Source of the DNA: a virus
Lineage: Duplodnaviria > Caudoviricetes
Strand: one strand, 5' to 3'
DNA: 52,948 nucleotides
Virus record (IMG/VR): IMGVR_UViG_3300030451_004849
Span: 1 to 52,948 of that record
Part shown: piece after piece, positions 47,723 to 52,948 of the stretch
Position numbering within the stretch: the stretch's first letter is position 1
Layout of the letters: the number at the start of each line of letters is the position of its first letter
Notes under the pieces: generated by a model
Databases searched by the model: none
Told to the model about the DNA's origin: nothing
What the model saw: the letters and a program-made list of their open reading frames with translations, nothing else
Made by a program: the position numbers and the translations under genes

Positions 47723-48278
47723 CAAGCTAACAACTCGTGATTTAATAGGTAACCTCATAGAACTAACTAATGATAGAGAGTTCCTAGAAATGACTCAGGG
47801 TGATGATCCTGGGTTTGCAGATGAGGTTGCACCTATTGATGCAGCGATAATTAAAGTAAAAAAAGAGATAGCACAGAAGACATCTGGAATAGATTATATG
47901 ATAGTTGAAATGAATAGGAAAAAAGACATACTACAAGCAGAAATAACATCATATATGGACGAAGTAAAACGATTAAGAAATAGACAAAAAGCTATAGCGA
48001 AAGTAGAAGACTACTTCAATAAGGATCTGCTGCCTATGATAATAGAAACAGCAGGTAATGATGGAGTATTTGAAACAGATAGTACTCGCTATAAAATGTA
48101 CACAACATGGGGACCTGTTCAAATTACCGATGAAGACGCTATTAGTGACAATTTTAAGCGTTATAAGGTCGAAATCGATAAGAAAGGTGCCCGTAAATCA
48201 ATTATTGAAGCTGCAGAACAAGGTATGGGTATTGCTGGCTTTAAAATTGAAAAAGTTAAACGTGTAAGGAGGTCATAA
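47712..48278 (+). CDS. Siphovirus Gp157-like protein
   Basis: Coiled coil, EVKRL..RQK, KVEIDKK...GIAG; start ATG 47712 after GGAGG. Confidence 0.65.
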   Translation: MATNKLTTRDLIGNLIELTNDREFLEMTQGDDPGFADEVAPIDAAIIKVKKEIAQKTSGIDYMIVEMNRKKDILQAEITSYMDEVKRLRNRQKAIAKVEDYFNKDLLPMIIETAGNDGVFETDSTRYKMYTTWGPVQITDEDAISDNFKRYKVEIDKKGARKSIIEAAEQGMGIAGFKIEKVKRVRRS

Positions 48279-48442
48279 TGGGTAAATTAATTAATATCCG
48301 TTTTAATGAAGGTGGTTTTATGCTTACCTTATTCTCTTTAATAGGGTTTGGCATTACTTTAGAGACAGACAAAGAAAAATCTATAACATTTACTTTTAAG
48401 TTATGGAAACTACATGTCTTTAATAGTATTGCCATCATGTAA
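48278..48442 (+). CDS. Small hypothetical protein (54 aa), not in ORF track
   Basis: RBS AAGGAGG; TAATG coupling; MGKLINIRFNEGGFMLTLF... Confidence 0.6.
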   Translation: MGKLINIRFNEGGFMLTLFSLIGFGITLETDKEKSITFTFKLWKLHVFNSIAIM

Positions 48443-48452
48443 AGGAGATTAA

Positions 48453-48932
48453 ATGGCCTACAAACCTACAATGAAAAGAAGAGGTCGTGTAGCTGTTTGG
48501 GAAGAAAAGTTCGATAAAGTGCTCAAGAAACATCATGGGCACTTTTCGAAAAAAGTCTTTCATAGACTAATGAAAAAATCAGCAACATTAAAATCTTCTT
48601 TAAAGAAAAGGAGTAAAGAGTATGAAGTCATATTTGAAATCACTTTGGATCAAATTAGAGGATTATTTCTTAGGTATTATGGACGTACGTGTCGTTACTG
48701 CAGTGATGTATTGTTGGTATCTAATATTGTATGTGACCATAAGTATCCTCTTTCTTTGGGCGGTGACTCAACTCCTAATAATCTCACAATAATATGCAAA
48801 AGATGTAATACTAGAAAAGGTCACTTAACTGATAAAGAATACATGTCTTTATTAAGATTCTTAGGCAAGAAGAGTGATAATATGAAAAATTACGTCTTAC
48901 GCAAACTAGCAAAAGGAGATATGTTCGAATGA
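48453..48932 (+). CDS. HNH endonuclease
   Basis: CRYC...DHKYPLSLGG...NL..ICKRCN. Confidence 0.9.
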   Translation: MAYKPTMKRRGRVAVWEEKFDKVLKKHHGHFSKKVFHRLMKKSATLKSSLKKRSKEYEVIFEITLDQIRGLFLRYYGRTCRYCSDVLLVSNIVCDHKYPLSLGGDSTPNNLTIICKRCNTRKGHLTDKEYMSLLRFLGKKSDNMKNYVLRKLAKGDMFE

Positions 48933-49282
48933 GAGTGAATATGGTAAACGTGGTAAAGGGGTTTTTAACTGCTAAACCTGAATTAAGAGATAGTGATGTA
49001 GATTTAATTTGGGCTATATGGGCATGGCAACTAAGTCAAGCTAAACCAGCAATAAAAATCGAAAAACTGTCTGCTAGAGACTTAATGAAACACTGGAAGA
49101 ATAAAGACGTATCCTCTCCTTTTAACATAAGCCGTTCAAGACGAAAGTGTCAAGAACATTATATTGAAACAAGAGGAGAAAAGCATGTCAAAAAGCAAGA
49201 GCACCAGAGAGTCATTAAGGAAGATGTCAAAAGAGCAACTAATCAGGCAAATAGATTTCTATCAAAAGGATCTACAAGTTAA
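48929..49282 (+). CDS. Hypothetical protein
   Basis: PELRDSD...ISRSRRKCQE; ATGA coupling. Confidence 0.7.
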   Translation: MRVNMVNVVKGFLTAKPELRDSDVDLIWAIWAWQLSQAKPAIKIEKLSARDLMKHWKNKDVSSPFNISRSRRKCQEHYIETRGEKHVKKQEHQRVIKEDVKRATNQANRFLSKGSTS

Positions 49283-49400
49283 AGATGGTAATGCTTTGAG
49301 ATATTACCAGGCATATAATCTCTTAATGGAGTATTGGGATAATATACCTGATGAGGACAAAAAGAAGGTCTCAGACAAATTACATCAAATGGGACTTTAG
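49185..49400 (+). CDS. Hypothetical protein
   Basis: RBS GAGGAG before MSKSK. Confidence 0.6.
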   Translation: MSKSKSTRESLRKMSKEQLIRQIDFYQKDLQVKDGNALRYYQAYNLLMEYWDNIPDEDKKKVSDKLHQMGL

Positions 49401-49405
49401 TAAAA

Positions 49406-49495
49406 TTAAAGGGCGGAGTACAAAGGTAATAGAATAACTAAGGTTAGGATATTGAAGCTTTCTCGTCGGAAAAGAAGTGATATTCTGCCCTTTAA
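49406..49495 (+). ncRNA. Long-stem-enclosed RNA element
   Basis: ttaaagggcggagta/tattctgccctttaa 15-bp stem with two GU pairs, ending just before an AAGGAGG RBS. Confidence 0.55.
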
Positions 49496-49512
49496 ATTTA
49501 AGGAGGTAACTA

Positions 49513-49806
49513 ATGAGTTACAAAATGACGCAGTGCACAGCATGCGGGAGCTACATTTCAGCTATGGCTTGCAATTTTGGATGTCCACATTGTGGATATA
49601 CAGACGGCTGAGATGCAACAATTCCTCCAGTGGAGGAGATTAAAGGAGTCGGCAATGGCAATGACAAGGAAAGATTACGAAACGATTGCAGCTGTATTAA
49701 AGAGCTTCAATCATCTTCACAAGAAGATAGTAAAAAGTGTAACAGATGCTCTAGTAGAGCAACTAGAAAAAGAGAATCCAGCATTCGACAGGAAGAGGTT
49801 TCTTGA
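49513..49806 (+). CDS. Small zinc-finger protein, candidate selenoprotein (UGA at 49609-49611; 32 aa if UGA is a stop)
   Basis: RBS AAGGAGG; MSYKMTQCTACGSYISAMACNFGCPHCGYTDG-UGA-DATIPP; hairpin tcctcc-agt-ggagga with loop 17 nt after the UGA. Confidence 0.55.
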
Positions 49807-49828
49807 AGCGTGTGGATTCATAAAATAA
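49655..49828 (+). CDS. Hypothetical protein (MTRKDY...IA type)
   Basis: RBS AAGGAG; ends ENPAFDRKRFLEAC. Confidence 0.7.
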   Translation: MAMTRKDYETIAAVLKSFNHLHKKIVKSVTDALVEQLEKENPAFDRKRFLEACGFIK

Positions 49829-49840
49829 GGAGGGCATAAA

Positions 49841-50083
49841 ATGCCATATACTAAGTTAGGTAACGTAACAATGTACGTTAATAAAGACGCAACAGAAGAG
49901 AATAGACAACCACATTTCAAAGGTAATATTGAAATAACAAAGACTATTCCAGCTGGTGCAAAAATAGGCGTAGCGGGCTGGTTAAACGAGAAAGGATCTG
50001 ATAAAAGTCTTTTCTTTAGTGTGTCTGCTCATGATGATGAACTAAAAAATGATAAGGAGGAAGACCTGTTCCCACCACAGTAG
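49841..50083 (+). CDS. DUF736-like putative ssDNA-binding protein
   Basis: N...QPHFKG...VAGW...SVS with acidic tail. Confidence 0.55.
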   Translation: MPYTKLGNVTMYVNKDATEENRQPHFKGNIEITKTIPAGAKIGVAGWLNEKGSDKSLFFSVSAHDDELKNDKEEDLFPPQ

Positions 50084-50186
50084 TTATGGATTGGGATGAA
50101 ATAAAAGAGGTCTTTCGCCTTAGAGACGAAGGTATTGCTGACCCTGCGAAAGCAATACAGATAGTTCTAAATCAAAGGGGGTAGAT

Positions 50187-50411
50187 ATGAGTAAAGTTAC
50201 GTTGGTAAACCTAAGTGGAGCAGGAATGGACAATAGGCGTCCAGACCAAGATAAAACCAAAATCAGAAGCACCAATGTATTACCAGAATACCAGGGATTA
50301 GATGTGATTACTAGAGCAAAAAAAGCAGCTAATGCCGTATCTGATAATGGTCGATGTTGGTGGATTTATGATTATGTTTACAGAGAGTTAACATGGAGGG
50401 ATAAAAGATGA
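50187..50411 (+). CDS. Hypothetical protein
   Basis: 74-aa ORF, ATGA coupling to the next gene. Confidence 0.6.
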   Translation: MSKVTLVNLSGAGMDNRRPDQDKTKIRSTNVLPEYQGLDVITRAKKAANAVSDNGRCWWIYDYVYRELTWRDKR

Positions 50412-50827
50412 AACTTTCTCAACATAATGAACTTATGGACAAGATCTGGAGTGAAATCATTTCAACTAGAAATGAAGGACAAAAAGAGTATGCCCAAGAC
50501 AAAGATAATGTCTTTGCTAATTTTGAAAGAATTAGTGAACAATTAAAAATTGACAGACAGCATGTTTTGTGGGTATATTTAGCTAAACACATTGATGGAA
50601 TAGCATCCTTCATTAATGGTCATCATTCTCAAAGAGAAGATGTAAGAGGTAGAATAACTGACGTTATTGTATATTTATGTCTTTTGTGGGGAATGATAGA
50701 TGAAGACGAGTTCGGAATTGAAAAAGGTATTGACTTAGAAGTTAGTGCTGAGCATCAAATTGCTAAAAAATTCAAAGGCGAATGGAAACCAGAACCTAAA
50801 CGAAAGTTCGAGGAGAATGATGAGTAA
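50408..50827 (+). CDS. All-alpha MazG-like / nucleotide-modification-associated protein
   Basis: KEYA..DNVFANFE...LAKH...ED..GRITDVIVYL pattern. Confidence 0.5.
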   Translation: MKLSQHNELMDKIWSEIISTRNEGQKEYAQDKDNVFANFERISEQLKIDRQHVLWVYLAKHIDGIASFINGHHSQREDVRGRITDVIVYLCLLWGMIDEDEFGIEKGIDLEVSAEHQIAKKFKGEWKPEPKRKFEENDE

Positions 50828-51110
50828 AACACCTACAGAAGAAGCTACTAACTATATCGAAGATAGAGTTAAAGGCTTTCAAGACGTAAGCGAAATTGCT
50901 TGGAGATTTCTTATAGGTAATCGTATATTAGAGAAGTGTCAGGATATGAATATTGACATTTCCAAAGGAACAGACATGAAAGATGTAGTCATCAATCAAG
51001 ATGAAGTACATATGAAGTTCGGTTCAGTTATGGTTATTATTAAGAATGCTCAGGCAACCAAGCCTAATAGTGGGGGTAATAGCCCTGAAAGTCAGCTGAA
51101 CTCAGAATAA
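50820..51110 (+). CDS. Hypothetical protein
   Basis: RBS GAGGAG before MSKTPTEE. Confidence 0.6.
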   Translation: MSKTPTEEATNYIEDRVKGFQDVSEIAWRFLIGNRILEKCQDMNIDISKGTDMKDVVINQDEVHMKFGSVMVIIKNAQATKPNSGGNSPESQLNSE

Positions 51111-51124
51111 GTAGAGACCTGAGC

Positions 51125-51176
51125 TATTAGTATGTATATAAAGGGGGGATTTAGTTATCTCCCCTATATACTAATA
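51125..51176. terminator. Probable bidirectional terminator between convergent arms
   Basis: aggggggat-ttagtt-atctcccct with extended tattagtat/atactaata arms. Confidence 0.65.
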
Positions 51177-51183
51177 ATAAAAA

Positions 51184-51378
51184 TTAAATGTCGTCTGACT
51201 TAGACTGACGCTGTAATTCTTGTAAAGGCTTAATAAGTTCTTTTTCGATAATTTCATACTTATCATACAACTCTTGGATTGCTTTTTCAATTGCTTCAAT
51301 TCTTGATTCCTCCATTATCGGTGGGTGAGCCATCAATTCTAATGCTTTTAATCTAGCTCTAAACCCTGGTTTTTTCAT
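51184..51378 (-). CDS. Small coiled-coil protein
   Basis: Last gene of the minus arm; start could be 51387 or 51378. Confidence 0.6.
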   Translation of the reverse strand: MKKPGFRARLKALELMAHPPIMEESRIEAIEKAIQELYDKYEIIEKELIKPLQELQRQSKSDDI

Positions 51379-51379
51379 A

Positions 51380-52744
51380 TTACTCATCGTCATCTCCTAA
51401 TAACGTTGCTCCTGTTGCAAAAAGACCTCCACCTGTAGCAGTCCCCCATTTAGCAACTCTGCTAGCAGTGATCGGTGTATTATCCAATACATCAACAATT
51501 TCTTTATTACCTTCTAATTGCTTTTTCGTTAACTGAGTATTCCTATAGACAAGTTCATTGTCAGTAGGAGCTTTAGTGTTTTTATATTTTTTTTTCATAG
51601 TCTTAATAGACTCTGTTTGTTTTTTATACTTTTTAGCGTCACGCTTAGTTTTAGCAGCTATTTTTTTATTTATTTCAACAAAATTCTTATTCCAGTTATT
51701 TGGGTCTGGTATATCTATTTTTTTCATGCCCATAATATTTAAGTTTTGATTCTTAAACCCTAAACCTTTAGAAATTAATTTATCAAAACCTCTGCCATAT
51801 ATATCATAAACATCATTAGGTATTAAATAAGCCTTACCTGGCTCAGAAGGTTTAAGTAGTACTCTTGCGTTTATTCCTCCTGTGTAAAAGTTAGATTTAA
51901 ATTGAGGACTATAATTAACCATAACATAGTTACCTACTTTTTTAACCTGACCTGGATTAAAGCCGTTACTTACAAGATAGCCCATTAATTCATCTTTATT
52001 TTTAAACTTTCTATTAAAAGTTATACCAGCCATCTGTCTAAATTGTTTAGAAAATTGAACATCTCTATGTAGGTTATTTAAAGCACCTTTATTTAACTCC
52101 ATAATCTTTAATGTTTTTGGGTCTAATCCTTCAAACCTTATTATATCGTCTAATACGGCTTTATTTCCAGTAAGTTTAGCAGCAGATGTTTTACTAATGT
52201 TTTTACCATAGATTTTATTAAATATATCACTTACAATCGTATTCTTAGGAGTTACTCCAGTTCTATTTATATTTGCTTGTGCAAAATAAGGTGTAGCATG
52301 TAAGTCTTTAACTAATGGAGTTACAGCAGATTGAGCTTCATCAGTTAACTTAACTTTTCTAGGCTTTGTCCATCTACCATTTTTTAATTGTCTAGAAGGA
52401 ATCGTATAAGATTGTCCAACGACACCAGAACGCCAATTTTTAGGGTCTTTTAATATTTTAGCAATTAGATCAGGATTATTTCTTAATACTTGTTGTTGAT
52501 TCAATGCTAAGCCTGTATTTTTAAACGCCTCTGCACTTCTCATAGAAAAAGGATTAAACGTTTGATTTGCTAGCGTTTTAAATGCTTTTGCAGCACCGAT
52601 TAAAAATGTTTCTACTTGAGGCATTCCCGTCGCAGGATTATACAAAGAAGGTAAATAAGAAGGTGTAGATGCACCTGCTTTTAAGCCTTGACGACCTAAA
52701 AACTTTGCTGCTGCCTGTGCAATACTTAAGCTACTCTTCAGCAT
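51380..52744 (-). CDS. Basic hypothetical protein downstream of the giant RNAP
   Basis: 454-aa Lys/Asn-rich ORF overlapping the RNAP stop codon. Confidence 0.65.
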   Translation of the reverse strand: MLKSSLSIAQAAAKFLGRQGLKAGASTPSYLPSLYNPATGMPQVETFLIGAAKAFKTLANQTFNPFSMRSAEAFKNTGLALNQQQVLRNNPDLIAKILKDPKNWRSGVVGQSYTIPSRQLKNGRWTKPRKVKLTDEAQSAVTPLVKDLHATPYFAQANINRTGVTPKNTIVSDIFNKIYGKNISKTSAAKLTGNKAVLDDIIRFEGLDPKTLKIMELNKGALNNLHRDVQFSKQFRQMAGITFNRKFKNKDELMGYLVSNGFNPGQVKKVGNYVMVNYSPQFKSNFYTGGINARVLLKPSEPGKAYLIPNDVYDIYGRGFDKLISKGLGFKNQNLNIMGMKKIDIPDPNNWNKNFVEINKKIAAKTKRDAKKYKKQTESIKTMKKKYKNTKAPTDNELVYRNTQLTKKQLEGNKEIVDVLDNTPITASRVAKWGTATGGGLFATGATLLGDDDE

Positions 52745-52948
52745 CGTCTTTTACCCTATATTTAGTAATTTCTCTAGCCATTTGTTGATAAGGAATACCA
52801 GTTGTTTTTTCTATAGTTCTCATAGGATTTTCTAAAATACCTTTAGTATCTCTAGCCATACGGCCAAAGGGGAACATTGTCCACATATAATATTCAGAAA
52901 TCCTGCTAAAATCATTGTTCACCAGACCACTAAAAGTGGCAGGGGCCA
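52731..52948 (-). CDS. C-terminal 65 aa of the giant RNAP ORF (continues from position 1)
   Basis: ...PATFS|GLVNNDFSRISEYY...DDAEE* is in frame across the terminal overlap. Confidence 0.85.
   Translation of the reverse strand, partial: APATFSGLVNNDFSRISEYYMWTMFPFGRMARDTKGILENPMRTIEKTTGIPYQQMAREITKYRVKDDAEE
52928..52948. repeat. Terminal overlap (right copy)
   Basis: 20/21 identity with positions 1-21. Confidence 0.9.

Noticed and set aside
49452-49654. Track ORF 49452-49643 and the 5' extension of 49577-49828
   Set aside because: TTG starts without RBS; the RBS-supported frames begin at 49513 and 49655
50086-50184. 32-aa ORF MDWDEIKEVFRLRDEGIADPAKAIQIVLNQRG
   Set aside because: Fills the gap neatly but has no clear RBS; too little support to list as a feature
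37261-51180. tRNA genes or a CRISPR mini-array among the hairpin-rich gaps
   Set aside because: No cloverleaf with a TTC-arm consensus and no regularly spaced direct repeats found by eye

Overview
This window is an apparently complete, circularly permuted, AT-rich lytic dsDNA phage genome of about 52.9 kb. Positions 1-21 recur at 52928-52948 with one mismatch. It has two arms. The minus-strand arm (36777 down to 1, continuing 52948 to 51184) carries an M15 endolysin, terminase, portal, scaffold, major capsid protein, podovirus-type tail genes, tail fibres, holin-like genes and internal/ejection proteins. It also carries a ~3087-aa ORF that the ORF track missed because it crosses the window edge. 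That ORF has two-barrel RNA polymerase motifs (TDG, K, SxxK, RxP, GADLDGD) and is most likely a virion-packaged RNAP. The plus-strand arm (37446-51110) holds small early genes, a peptide deformylase and a replication module (AAA ATPase, SSB-like protein, AEP primase-SF4 helicase, Gp157-like protein, HNH) with no recognisable DNA polymerase or integrase. The main discovery is a complete phage-encoded ubiquitin-like conjugation operon, Ubl-E2-JAB-E1 (41163-44382), with all catalytic motifs present. Other signals: a candidate selenoprotein zinc finger (in-frame UGA plus SECIS-like hairpin, from 49513), a recurring set of long-stem-enclosed structured RNA elements just upstream of ribosome-binding sites, and an N-terminal motif shared by the RNAP and its neighbouring ejection protein. 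All functional calls come from motif recognition by eye, not database searches.
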